DNA of 64,000 bases from a virus. The stretch's first letter is position 1; each line of letters opens with the position of its first letter. The translations under genes and the position numbers were made by a program. The stretch spans positions 5,428 through 69,427 of IMG/VR virus record IMGVR_UViG_3300031578_000010, one strand, 5' to 3'. Positions 26,867 through 35,440 of the stretch are shown here, one piece after another. The notes under the pieces were generated by a model. It did not search any database and was not told the DNA's origin. It saw only the letters and a program-made list of their open reading frames with translations.

Positions 26867-26887
26867 CTAATTAATTTCCTATGTATC
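26842..26887. repeat. Perfect 23-bp tandem duplication over the start of the MmcB-like gene
   Basis: ATCTAATTAATTTCCTATGTATC at 26842-26864 and 26865-26887. Confidence 0.9.
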
Positions 26888-27172
26888 ATTAAATCTCTTT
26901 CCCCACAACCCCTTTTCTATGGCCCCCACAACCTCACGATATCCCCCATGCCACGCCCTCGTAGACCCCTTGCCATGAAACTTGCATGAACAAGGGAGTT
27001 ACCTCCTTTTTAGGTAAGCCCCTTTGGAATATTCAGAGGAAGTATATAAAAAACGTATATAATCCGTTAATAAACTCCCTGTATTTCATATATTCCAGAA
27101 GGTTTTAAGTATATCTAATTAATTACCTCTTCTGATCCAAGGGGATTTCCAAGGAGATATTTATCTTAGTTT

Positions 27173-27220
27173 CTTTAATTCTTTAATTCTTTAATTCCTT
27201 AATTCTTTAATTCTCTAATT
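27173..27220. repeat. Six tandem 8-mers (CTTTAATT consensus)
   Basis: ctttaatt x3, ccttaatt, ctttaatt, ctctaatt. Confidence 0.85.
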
Positions 27221-27910
27221 ATCCATGGCCAAGGACTTCACAGGAAGATAATATCTTTTAATTTCTTGGACTTCATAGTGGACCTCACAGTATTTCCTAT
27301 ATCTGTGCAGAATATTAATATTTCTCTGATATATCTTATATATCTTATATCTCTTAATCTCCCTGTTTTCCTGTATATCTCTTAATATCCATTATTAATT
27401 ATTCTATCACGCCATGCTCTAAAAATGGGTTATATATTCGTAAAATCTGTGGCTATTTGTGATTACCTAAATAAGAGATATGTAAAAATATATAACCTTT
27501 TTCCTTAAACTTAATTTTTTTATTCTCCCCCCCCTATTCCTTATATATATACTTTATTTGGGTTGTCTGGCCAGAGGTTTTATATCTCTTTGTTTATCTA
27601 TATATAGGCTCCTGCCTTTAATTATTTATTCTTATATATATGGCCAAGGATATATAGGCCTTCTTTATATAGGCTGTCCAATTCATAAGCCTTGTATATA
27701 TGGCCAAGATTATAAAAGGCTTTGCTTATTTAATATATTATATTCTCCATATATATAGACTGCCCAGAGAGAATGTTGTCTCAATTTAATTATATTCATA
27801 TACACGTCCTATATATAGGCCTTCTTTATATATACAATTATTTGTCGCCAGTGTTACGTCTGTGCAAGTTATATATATAGGTTGAAAGAATAGATAAAAC
27901 ATAACAGTTT

Positions 27911-28624
27911 TATACGTCTTTTATGTATATTAAACCAGTATGTAGCAATCGTTATTTGAATAGGGGAAAGGGAGAGTTAGGTATATCAATGTCAATGGAA
28001 ACTCCAACGCCATAGAATGCAAGTTTAACTTTATTAGGTATATCAAAGGATCCTGCTTATGTATTTACAGGGTTGTCCATTATATATCACAGGGTTGTTC
28101 ATTATTATATATCAAAGGATAACTATAGTATCTATATAATCTACACACTACTATGTAAGCGAATACTATCCTATATATATGTCTAATCTTTAATACTCTA
28201 TATAGCTTTGATTCAACTTTATTCCTTCTTGAATTGTCCCTATATATATTAACTCTATTAGAGGAGAGTTAGGTATATCAAAGGATAATAGATATATAGG
28301 ATAACACCTCCTATTATATACAAGAAGATACAGACATACACGTTCCTTCCCTACATATAACATATATAACTTTTACTTAAAATAAGTTCGGCTCTTTTCT
28401 TTTATCAAGCTTGAGTATATTAAGGGAAAGAGAACTAAGTATATATAAGAAGATAGTTAAGTATAATAAGGGGATAATTTAATAATTTAATAGGATAACG
28501 CCCTTAGGTATTTAATAGATATATATAAGAGGATATATATATACCATATAGTTATGTTGTATATAGTCTTTAGTTATATATCTATTCTTTCTTTCTTATC
28601 TTCTCTTTAAGTATATCAAAGGAT
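27911..28624. repeat. Dispersed iteron-like repeats TATATCAAAGGAT
   Basis: Copies at 28039, 28108, 28274, 28612 plus partial at 27922; 19-mer GGAGAGTTAGGTATATCAA at 27911 and 28263. Confidence 0.8.
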
Positions 28625-28726
28625 GATCCGGTCCGCATATATGAGAAGATCATCCAGTCTTCCTTGCTGCTCAATCGTCATCTGTACTTTCCTCCTCTTT
28701 TGGTAGCAGATTAGATATATATGAGG

Positions 28727-28948
28727 TTAAACTACCTTATGTTCGAGCAAAACATCCAATACATTTTTCCGTCCGCAGAAGAACGAGAACCCTTCCGGCC
28801 AACGACTGAGACAGCAAAGCCCACCCCTTTGCTCAAAAGTGCTCATGATTTCTTCGGCTTTTTCTTTACTGTAACCCAGACACATGATATCGTCAATTAT
28901 ACTCGCCTTGCTCATGGCTGCCCGTCCACCTTCTAACTGTATCATCAT
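28727..28948 (-). CDS. Small hypothetical protein
   Basis: 73 aa, SD GGAGG. Confidence 0.55.
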   Translation of the reverse strand: MMIQLEGGRAAMSKASIIDDIMCLGYSKEKAEEIMSTFEQRGGLCCLSRWPEGFSFFCGRKNVLDVLLEHKVV

Positions 28949-28986
28949 TTTATTTCCTCCTTATTCTTGCCGTATTTCAAAGGCAT

Positions 28987-29298
28987 CTAGATCAATGGTT
29001 CGTTATTCAGAAGACCTTTCGGTTCGGTGTCGTTCCTATGTTCTGTTGGGTCAACGATCTCTTCCGCAAACCTTAATAAAAAGGATCTTGCAGCTGATAT
29101 CATCGCCCTTGCCTGAATCTGAGTTTCAAACGGCAATATATCCAGCTTCCCTTTGTCATTGTATTCGCAGATCTTAAGTATTGTCAGGGGCTTCTTGAAT
29201 AGGTCAGGCGATAGGTCAGCCATGAATATATCCCATTCCTCTTCATCCCATTCGTTCCATCGTTTGCCGAACCTGGATTCCCCTTCCTGGAATGTCAT
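28987..29298 (-). CDS. Hypothetical protein
   Basis: 103 aa, SD AGGAG. Confidence 0.6.
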   Translation of the reverse strand: MTFQEGESRFGKRWNEWDEEEWDIFMADLSPDLFKKPLTILKICEYNDKGKLDILPFETQIQARAMISAARSFLLRFAEEIVDPTEHRNDTEPKGLLNNEPLI

Positions 29299-29310
29299 AA
29301 TATTCTCCTT

Positions 29311-29580
29311 CTATATCCCTTGTTTACCACGATAGTTATTCCATTGCTCTACCGCTAATTTTTTGGAGATTGTATGGGTCGATCCTGCCCCACAAGTAGA
29401 GCAGGATATAATATGATACCCTTTCAGGAATTTATATTCTGGAATCTTATTACATCTGCGACAATATAGTATCACTATTGGATCGTCTGGTATTCCGCAT
29501 ATTCTATCCATCTTTGCCTTCTGCTCTAAAGCATCAAGGGCAAGAAAGAAAAAGTCCTTTTCTTTACCGAAGCGACTCAT
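29311..29580 (-). CDS. Lar-like (restriction alleviation family) zinc-finger protein
   Basis: CRRC...CSTCG...AVEQWNNYR matches Lar-type CxxC...CxxCG...AxxxWN pattern. Confidence 0.55.
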   Translation of the reverse strand: MSRFGKEKDFFFLALDALEQKAKMDRICGIPDDPIVILYCRRCNKIPEYKFLKGYHIISCSTCGAGSTHTISKKLAVEQWNNYRGKQGI

Positions 29581-29645
29581 ATATTCTCCTTATGTTCTGG
29601 CCTCGGTCAACGAGGCAGCCCCATTTCGGTCAAACAGCGGCATGT

Positions 29646-29915
29646 TCAATCCTTTCCTTGCGTTTCCAACTTATAACTGTCTATCATGGACGCGCATTCG
29701 TCAGCTACGTCGCGGAGCCAATTCACGTTTTCGTCCCAGAGGCGAATAAACCCCTCTCGATCTTTGGATCTCACGCGATCTATTCCCATAAACTCGAATC
29801 CCGTGTGGCCATACCACTTGCTCATCAGGTCTTTCTGGGCCCGGCTACACATGTCGGCTCCGATACATTCGCATAGAAGGCATTGGCGGCGAATAACATT
29901 GAATACTCGCCCCAT
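29646..29915 (-). CDS. Hypothetical protein (start uncertain)
   Basis: 89 aa; strongest SD lies upstream at an out-of-frame ATG (29956). Confidence 0.55.
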   Translation of the reverse strand: MGRVFNVIRRQCLLCECIGADMCSRAQKDLMSKWYGHTGFEFMGIDRVRSKDREGFIRLWDENVNWLRDVADECASMIDSYKLETQGKD

Positions 29916-29965
29916 CCCAACCTTGGTATCTCTGCCCCTAAATGATTAACTGGCATATATCCTCC

Positions 29966-30061
29966 TTATTTTCTTCGCTTAAGCCATAGCGATATTAATA
30001 TACATATCACTATGACTATCGCTGATATAACGATCTCGAACGGAGTTCTACTCGAGAACAT
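29966..30061 (-). CDS. 31-aa single-pass membrane peptide (absent from ORF track)
   Basis: SD AGGAGG; MFSSRTPFEIVISAIVIVICILISLWLKRRK. Confidence 0.55.
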   Translation of the reverse strand: MFSSRTPFEIVISAIVIVICILISLWLKRRK

Positions 30062-30071
30062 ATATCCTCCT

Positions 30072-30308
30072 TTATTTAATGGCCCGATCTTTTAGATATC
30101 TCGAATAGATACCCAACAAAATAAAGCCCAGTCTTGCAGTTATTTTAATATCGCCAGAATCGCCGTTCATGGTTCTTAAAGCAATGTCTATTTCATTATC
30201 CATTTTTTCTATATCGATTAGATCTAATGAAGCCCCCATTTTTTCATAATAAACTAACATCCTCTCCGCTTCTTTTAATATATTCTCCTTATTCATCTTC
30301 TTAGGCAT
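30072..30308 (-). CDS. Hypothetical protein
   Basis: 78 aa, SD AGGAG. Confidence 0.6.
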   Translation of the reverse strand: MPKKMNKENILKEAERMLVYYEKMGASLDLIDIEKMDNEIDIALRTMNGDSGDIKITARLGFILLGIYSRYLKDRAIK

Positions 30309-30328
30309 ATTTCTCTCCTTTATTTAAT

Positions 30329-30508
30329 TTAAAAATCAAGTATCCGGCCATTATATGTTATTGCATATCCCGTCTCGCCCTTGACTATATGTTTATATTT
30401 CTTAGCATGTTCGTAAGCTTCTTTTTGTGCAGTAAGATAATTCTCCCATTTCCTATCACAATTTGTGCAATGAAATATCGCGTGAACTATTCCTTTAGTT
30501 GTCTTCAT
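30329..30508 (-). CDS. 59-aa C2H2-like zinc-finger protein (absent from ORF track)
   Basis: SD AAAGGAG; MKTTKGIVHAIFHCTNCDRKWENYLTAQKEAYEHAKKYKHIVKG... Confidence 0.6.
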   Translation of the reverse strand: MKTTKGIVHAIFHCTNCDRKWENYLTAQKEAYEHAKKYKHIVKGETGYAITYNGRILDF

Positions 30509-30517
30509 ATTTCTCCT

Positions 30518-30769
30518 TTATTTATCCGCCAGACAATCGCCGTCAGTATTATATTCGTCAAAAGCAAATCGGCATATATGTTTATCTTTACAATTATTAC
30601 AGGTATAAAAAGCATCCACTCTATTCCATTTTCCTTGTCTTTCCAATTGTTTGAACTGAATATAAAAACCAAAACAAGGAACAGGGAATATATAAAGCCT
30701 ACGTCTTCCTCTGTTCCAATAAGCTCCAATCCAGAGATCAAACCAGGCGAATATCGGCCTTATTCGCAT
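30518..30769 (-). CDS. Hypothetical protein
   Basis: 83 aa; FAWFDLWIGAYW...LYIFPVPCFG; Cys-rich C-terminus. Confidence 0.6.
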   Translation of the reverse strand: MRIRPIFAWFDLWIGAYWNRGRRRLYIFPVPCFGFYIQFKQLERQGKWNRVDAFYTCNNCKDKHICRFAFDEYNTDGDCLADK

Positions 30770-30770
30770 T

Positions 30771-31100
30771 TTATCTCTCCTTTATAGGCCTCAATCCGAT
30801 TATCTTTGTACCATCAGGCAATGTTTCTTTCTTAACTATTTCAAAATAATATATCTCTTTTCCTAAAATATCCATAGCCTCTTTAACTATTGTTATTTCT
30901 CTTCTGTTCTTTTTTTTAATTTCAGGCATATACTCTCCAGGATGATTCTCCCACCACTTCTTATTATCCTGCCTCGCCGGCCATGGACAGTTCTGTTGAT
31001 TGCAGGGCATATTAAACGGGATCTCTTTGGTTTTCTTATGCCTACATATTCTTTCCTTTTCTCCCTCTATATCCACAGCATATTTACAAATTCTTGGCAT
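30771..31100 (-). CDS. Hypothetical protein
   Basis: 109 aa, SD GGAGG, Cys-rich N-terminus. Confidence 0.6.
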   Translation of the reverse strand: MPRICKYAVDIEGEKERICRHKKTKEIPFNMPCNQQNCPWPARQDNKKWWENHPGEYMPEIKKKNRREITIVKEAMDILGKEIYYFEIVKKETLPDGTKIIGLRPIKER

Positions 31101-31329
31101 GTTTCCTCCTATATACTTCTTCTCGGACTTTCTCCTCGTATGCGCGAATTTTTAATATTTCATCAAACTTCCTACTTAATTCTGCTATAATATCTCCCAA
31201 ATCTGTCTGCTCCGTAACATCCATTAAATCTATTAATAATTGTCTAATTTCAGCAGTTTGGTCCGTTTCGTTTAATGGCATTATTCCATCACAAAATATT
31301 CGTCTTCCTGCATCCGATTTCGTTTCCAT
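31084..31329 (-). CDS. Hypothetical protein
   Basis: 81 aa, operon packing. Confidence 0.5.
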   Translation of the reverse strand: METKSDAGRRIFCDGIMPLNETDQTAEIRQLLIDLMDVTEQTDLGDIIAELSRKFDEILKIRAYEEKVREEVYRRKHAKNL

Positions 31330-31544
31330 TATTCATCCATTCCAAATTGAGCAATAAAATTTCTATATTGACCTTTAGAATCAAGATACCACCAATGTAA
31401 AAAATATGTATTTTCCTTTGTTTTAAATACCTCTATTGCGGGCATTCCCTTTATTTGAAAGCCAAAGTTAAAAAATAATTTGGCCTGATGCTGTTCAATA
31501 TAGGCAGTAAGTTCTTTAGGTGTTAGGATTAATATTCCCTTCAT
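31329..31544 (-). CDS. Small protein, paralogue of 31822-32031
   Basis: IEVFKTKENTYFLHW vs IEVYKTQDGKYFLHW; start moved to ATG 31544. Confidence 0.6.
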   Translation of the reverse strand: MKGILILTPKELTAYIEQHQAKLFFNFGFQIKGMPAIEVFKTKENTYFLHWWYLDSKGQYRNFIAQFGMDE

Positions 31545-31555
31545 CTTATTTCTCC

Positions 31556-31798
31556 TTATATCTGTTCCGGCATAGGCTCTCCAGTTCTTAAACACATCCC
31601 TTCATCGTTGCATATTTTATTATCAAAAGAACAAATGCCACAATATATCGGAATTTCCTTTTCTTCCATAACAGTATCTATATGTCTTGAACAAATCCCC
31701 GGTGAGTCAGCAAATCCTTGGCGCCCTTTGTTGCAGCAGGTTAGGCCCAACTCCGAGCATTTGGGACAAATGTAGGTTTTTATCGTCGTTTTAAACAT
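31556..31798 (-). CDS. Cys-rich hypothetical protein
   Basis: 80 aa, SD AGGAGG, multiple CxxC. Confidence 0.55.
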   Translation of the reverse strand: MFKTTIKTYICPKCSELGLTCCNKGRQGFADSPGICSRHIDTVMEEKEIPIYCGICSFDNKICNDEGMCLRTGEPMPEQI

Positions 31799-31821
31799 GG
31801 CTTCCTCCTTATATCTGCCGT

Positions 31822-32031
31822 TTATTCCAACGTAAGAACCATATAAGAAAAGGAACCGTCCTGATCTTTTCTAATCCAATGCAAAAAATACTTCCCATCT
31901 TGGGTTTTATATACTTCTATGACAGGGCAGAGTGATGGGGCCGAAACTGTGAAACCGCTTATAATCCGGGCGCCTTTTTCTTTAATAAAGCTTAAAAACT
32001 GGTCATAGGGATAGAACAATATCTCAGGCAT
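31822..32031 (-). CDS. Small protein, paralogue of 31329-31544
   Basis: Shared IEVxKT...YFLHW motif. Confidence 0.6.
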   Translation of the reverse strand: MPEILFYPYDQFLSFIKEKGARIISGFTVSAPSLCPVIEVYKTQDGKYFLHWIRKDQDGSFSYMVLTLE

Positions 32032-32224
32032 ATTTTCCTCTCCTTATCCTTTTAATAACTCCGCCTTTTCTATGCACCCACTGCCTAAATTCCGATATCT
32101 CTACTCTCTTATTCTCCGCCCATTTCGCTATTGGCGGCGCAACAACTATCTTCTTATTTTTAGTAATTATTCCAAAACAAGCGTATTTTAAATCAATATA
32201 ATAAAGCGCCATTAATCCATCCAC
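32024..32224 (-). CDS. Small hypothetical protein
   Basis: 66 aa; YACFGII...VVAPPIAKW. Confidence 0.55.
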   Translation of the reverse strand: MDGLMALYYIDLKYACFGIITKNKKIVVAPPIAKWAENKRVEISEFRQWVHRKGGVIKRIRRGKYA

Positions 32225-32451
32225 CCTAACAACCTGTTGTATTCCTTTATTATATCTGAAATATCCACAGAACTGAATTCTCCCATTCCTATATCATCCA
32301 TCGCCTGCCACAATATATCTCTAATAGGCCTCATTACATCAAATAGCATTTGTCGCATTCTATTATCATCTTTGTCCAGGTTAATAATATAAGGTTTCAA
32401 AGAGGTAACGGTTTTCTCTATCAAATTTAATAATTCAATATTATTCTTCAT
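32212..32451 (-). CDS. Hypothetical protein
   Basis: 79 aa, overlapping operon packing. Confidence 0.55.
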   Translation of the reverse strand: MKNNIELLNLIEKTVTSLKPYIINLDKDDNRMRQMLFDVMRPIRDILWQAMDDIGMGEFSSVDISDIIKEYNRLLGWMD

Positions 32452-32725
32452 GTCTTTCTCTAAATCTTATTTCGCCTGTTCTATTTAAGCGCCCAATTTC
32501 AACCCCAAATTGAACCAATAATAATCTTATATTAGTAACAAGGCCTAAAAAATCGGAAGCAATATTATTATGATATAGTGTTCTTTCCCTGTTATTTTCA
32601 AGAAGAGGGTTTTGGGAATAAATACCTTTTCGTATTTCTTGAATTTTCTTTAGAGACTCCGCCAAGAAAATAGCGAACCTTTCCCGCAAAAGAGCATCTT
32701 CCTCCCATCTCTCATTTACAGACAT
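32441..32725 (-). CDS. Hypothetical protein
   Basis: 94 aa. Confidence 0.55.
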   Translation of the reverse strand: MSVNERWEEDALLRERFAIFLAESLKKIQEIRKGIYSQNPLLENNRERTLYHNNIASDFLGLVTNIRLLLVQFGVEIGRLNRTGEIRFRERHEE

Positions 32726-32937
32726 GGCGGTCTCCTATATACAATTTTTCCACGGCGGTCTCTTATTTCTACAATTTCGCCATTAAATATCCGCATTATA
32801 TCCTCGGCAAAGGTATTCCTAAAATCCAAATTAGGGCTAAGAAAAGCCCTATCATTAGGCCCATCTTTCACGATCACAGAAAAATCTTTATAATGAACAT
32901 TACCATTGGAATCAATGTATTCCAATTCTTGTGGCAT
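32716..32937 (-). CDS. Hypothetical protein
   Basis: 73 aa, SD GGAG. Confidence 0.55.
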   Translation of the reverse strand: MPQELEYIDSNGNVHYKDFSVIVKDGPNDRAFLSPNLDFRNTFAEDIMRIFNGEIVEIRDRRGKIVYRRPPCL

Positions 32938-33172
32938 CCTGTGCTCCCTTCAATATTTCGTTCGAAATATCTATCTCAACCTTCACAAGAAGATTGAGAA
33001 GGCCATCTATCTCTTTTAATTTACATTTTTTAATATCACCGGCCTTTCTCTCTATTCGTTTCCCTATAGCAGAATGTAGATCAATTATTGCATCTTTAGA
33101 CCATATATCAAAATCTCCCTTAAATACCTTGCTCCCCTCTTGCGCTAGAAGAACCGTTACTGACCTTTTCAT
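32912..33172 (-). CDS. Hypothetical protein
   Basis: 86 aa, SD AGGAG. Confidence 0.55.
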   Translation of the reverse strand: MKRSVTVLLAQEGSKVFKGDFDIWSKDAIIDLHSAIGKRIERKAGDIKKCKLKEIDGLLNLLVKVEIDISNEILKGAQDATRIGIH

Positions 33173-33368
33173 TCGCTTTCTCCTTTGCTACGTATTTCGG
33201 CCTTCCTTTCTCGTCTTTAGTTAATTTCCAACCTAATGCTTCCATTCTTTTATTATATTTATCTATTGCAAAATCCATACAAGTATCACAAAAAGTAGAT
33301 AGCATTTTTTGCCGTTGGTGACCACATATAGAGCAAATGGGCGCACCATTTTTAGACCGAGGTTCCAT
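33120..33368 (-). CDS. Zinc-finger hypothetical protein
   Basis: CSIC...CDTC; start moved to ATG 33368 (SD AAGGAG). Confidence 0.55.
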   Translation of the reverse strand: MEPRSKNGAPICSICGHQRQKMLSTFCDTCMDFAIDKYNKRMEALGWKLTKDEKGRPKYVAKEKANEKVSNGSSSARGEQGI

Positions 33369-33660
33369 CAGGATCTCCTTTAATATTTTATCGGGCGGGG
33401 CGCCTCCGGGCAGCAAACCCCACCCATGGTCTGAATAGAGCGCAAATATTCACGTTTTAACTTGATTTACACGCCTTCCTCCGCCCAAGTATCGGAGTCT
33501 AACGGCGCATATTCCACCTCCTTTTCTTTCCATTTCAAAGGCCAAAAGAAGTGTGTTAAAGGCAGGTTGTTGCTTGGATCCTTTAAAGCAATCTCTCGCG
33601 GTCCAGGCAACGAATGAAACCTGCCTTACACCTAAATGTTATAGTATTCGATAAATTATA

Positions 33661-33969
33661 TTAAATCCAAGGATTGCTACTACCTTCAACTTTCCAAGGA
33701 TATCTGGAGAATTCTGTTTTCGGCCGTGCATTTAGATCATATATCTTTATTTCTATAGCGTCAGGATATGTGTTCATTATATCTTCCATGGCATCCTGGG
33801 CAGTAAATGTATCTCCAAAGAAATTATAAACATCTGTAACGAGATATCCCCAATTAAAAACAACAGTTGCCCGAAGTCGGGCAAAACTCCTATCGTCCAT
33901 TTTAATAACATCTTCGAATTCGAATTTGATCCCGTGATCGTTACAGTACTCCTTTTGAACGGAGCCCAT
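33661..33969 (-). CDS. Hypothetical protein
   Basis: 102 aa, SD AGGAGG. Confidence 0.6.
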   Translation of the reverse strand: MGSVQKEYCNDHGIKFEFEDVIKMDDRSFARLRATVVFNWGYLVTDVYNFFGDTFTAQDAMEDIMNTYPDAIEIKIYDLNARPKTEFSRYPWKVEGSSNPWI

Positions 33970-33978
33970 TTTAACCTC

Positions 33979-34395
33979 CTATAATATTTTACCAACTTGC
34001 GGCCTTTTCTTTTCTCTTTTCAATGGTTCAATTATTGTTCGCCCATCCGCAAGCAAATCAAAAGGGGAAATATAATAATAACCTAATTTATAATCAGCAT
34101 ATCTTACCTTTCTTTTCTGCCAATAAACCTTAACTCCCGCTTCACAAATAGTTCTAAATTCAATATAATAAGCTTTATATGATTCTTTTCTCCATTCGCA
34201 AGTTACAGGCAATCTTAAATGATCTTTTCTAATATTGGTATCTTTAAATTCTATATAAGGACCGCGCTCGCCAACAACAATTCTTGTATATCCTGCGGCA
34301 ACTAATAACCCGTCCCTTGTTCTAAATTCGATATTATGCCAAGTATCATTAGGCACAATAGGAATTTTAAGCCGCTTTTCATAATTCGTTGCCAT
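33979..34395 (-). CDS. Hypothetical protein (aromatic-rich)
   Basis: 138 aa; GYTRIVVGERGPYIEF...ADYKLGYYYISP. Confidence 0.65.
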   Translation of the reverse strand: MATNYEKRLKIPIVPNDTWHNIEFRTRDGLLVAAGYTRIVVGERGPYIEFKDTNIRKDHLRLPVTCEWRKESYKAYYIEFRTICEAGVKVYWQKRKVRYADYKLGYYYISPFDLLADGRTIIEPLKREKKRPQVGKIL

Positions 34396-34479
34396 ATCTT
34401 TTCTCCATTATTTCAACGGGTTTCCAGACCTATTATCCAGAAACCCATTGTTCCAACACGCACGATATCTTATAAATAA

Positions 34480-34745
34480 GCGAGTTTCCGAGGCCCGCGA
34501 GACAGTTCATCGTACATTGATAGCGCCTGCCCCGCTTTCCTAAGGCAGTAGGCGAACGATTTGTAGGCGACCTTCTGCCCTGTCGCCTTTTGTCGTCCCT
34601 CAACAAAACCTCGGCTTCGCATTTCCAATTTTTTTTACATAGGCGGTCACGAGTTTACGGCTTCCGCTATCGCCGCCAAGTTATCTCTTGGTCAGATTTA
34701 GGGCCAGGCCCGAGGGTTACTCGATTTTATTTCCACAGGCGCAGC
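34480..34745 (-). ncRNA. Candidate structured non-coding RNA(s) immediately downstream of tmRNA
   Basis: GC-rich non-coding island with nested stems CCGAGG/CCTCGG, AGGCGAC/GTCGCCT, CTGCC/GGCAG, GGCGG/CCGCC, CCAAG/CTTGG. Confidence 0.45.
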
Positions 34746-34752
34746 AATTTAG

Positions 34753-35136
34753 TGGAGGCGGCGGGAATCGAACCCGCGTCCCGTCCGAGCATTCCCGCTC
34801 CGTCTACAATCATGTTCCTTTGTTCTGTATTCGGCACAAAGGAAAAGGCCTCTCCGGAACTTTCTCCGGATAAGTCAGCACCTATTTCTCGCATAATATC
34901 CGGCGCGAATACTATGCCAGTCTGAATCGCGGCGTTACTTCACAGAACTCAGACAATTCCATGAGCAACGGAATGATCGTCAAGCAACCATTCTGGCGGC
35001 CATCTCGCTCCTGAAATTCAGCGGCGAGGCGACCTTCTTATTCTTGTTGGCACTTAGTTTTTTTGTGCTCCGTATCGTGGTAGCATACGGATTGCAGGAA
35101 ACGCTTCAACCCGCCGGTCGAGCCCTTTACGCCCCC
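34753..35136 (-). ncRNA. ssrA: tmRNA; tag ORF 35051-34980 encodes ANKNKKVASPLNFRSEMAARMVA*
   Basis: 5' GGGGGCG...GGGCTCGAC; 3' GCGGGTTCGATTCCCGCCGCCTCCA; acceptor stem with G3-U70 and A discriminator; pk1 (CCGTAT/ATACGG, TGCT/AGCA); TAAGT-GCC-AAC resume context; CCA not fully encoded. Confidence 0.95.
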
Positions 35137-35146
35137 AAATTATCAA

Positions 35147-35440
35147 CTACCAAATATCAGCATCTTTATGAACTATTCTTGACCCCTTCTTGTTAAATAT
35201 TTCACTTTGTTTTATTTCAAAAGTATCAGAATGTATAACCCCATCATCCAGCAAATAATCCAGGAAAAGTAATTCTACAATCTGTTCTCTTTCCTGTATT
35301 GCCCTTAAATATCTTTCTTCTAAATGATTTCCCGCCGGATCCTTCCTAATCTCTTCTTCTAACTGGTATACCTCCGCAGTTAATTGCCTTACTCTTTTTG
35401 TTCGCCTTTTAATAATTGCTTCTGCTATTTCGTTCTTCAT
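35147..35440 (-). CDS. Hypothetical coiled-coil protein
   Basis: 97 aa from ATG 35440 (SD AGGAGG). Confidence 0.6.
   Translation of the reverse strand: MKNEIAEAIIKRRTKRVRQLTAEVYQLEEEIRKDPAGNHLEERYLRAIQEREQIVELLFLDYLLDDGVIHSDTFEIKQSEIFNKKGSRIVHKDADIW

Larger units (their letters stand above)
26900..28700. other. About 1.8-kb AT-rich non-coding region; candidate replication origin or genome-terminus junction
   Basis: No credible ORFs; very AT-rich; several repeat families; local strand-skew switch. Function is inference. Confidence 0.55.

Noticed and set aside
27558-27758. 66-aa plus-strand ORF in the AT-rich region
   Set aside because: Made of TATATA/GGCC repeats, TTG start without SD; likely non-coding
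34753-34790. Apparent tRNA 3' half
   Set aside because: It is the tRNA-like domain of the tmRNA; no separate tRNA genes were found
34590-34925. Track ORFs across 34590-34925
   Set aside because: Overlap the tmRNA and structured RNA; AAGIEPAS is the usual translation artefact of a T-arm
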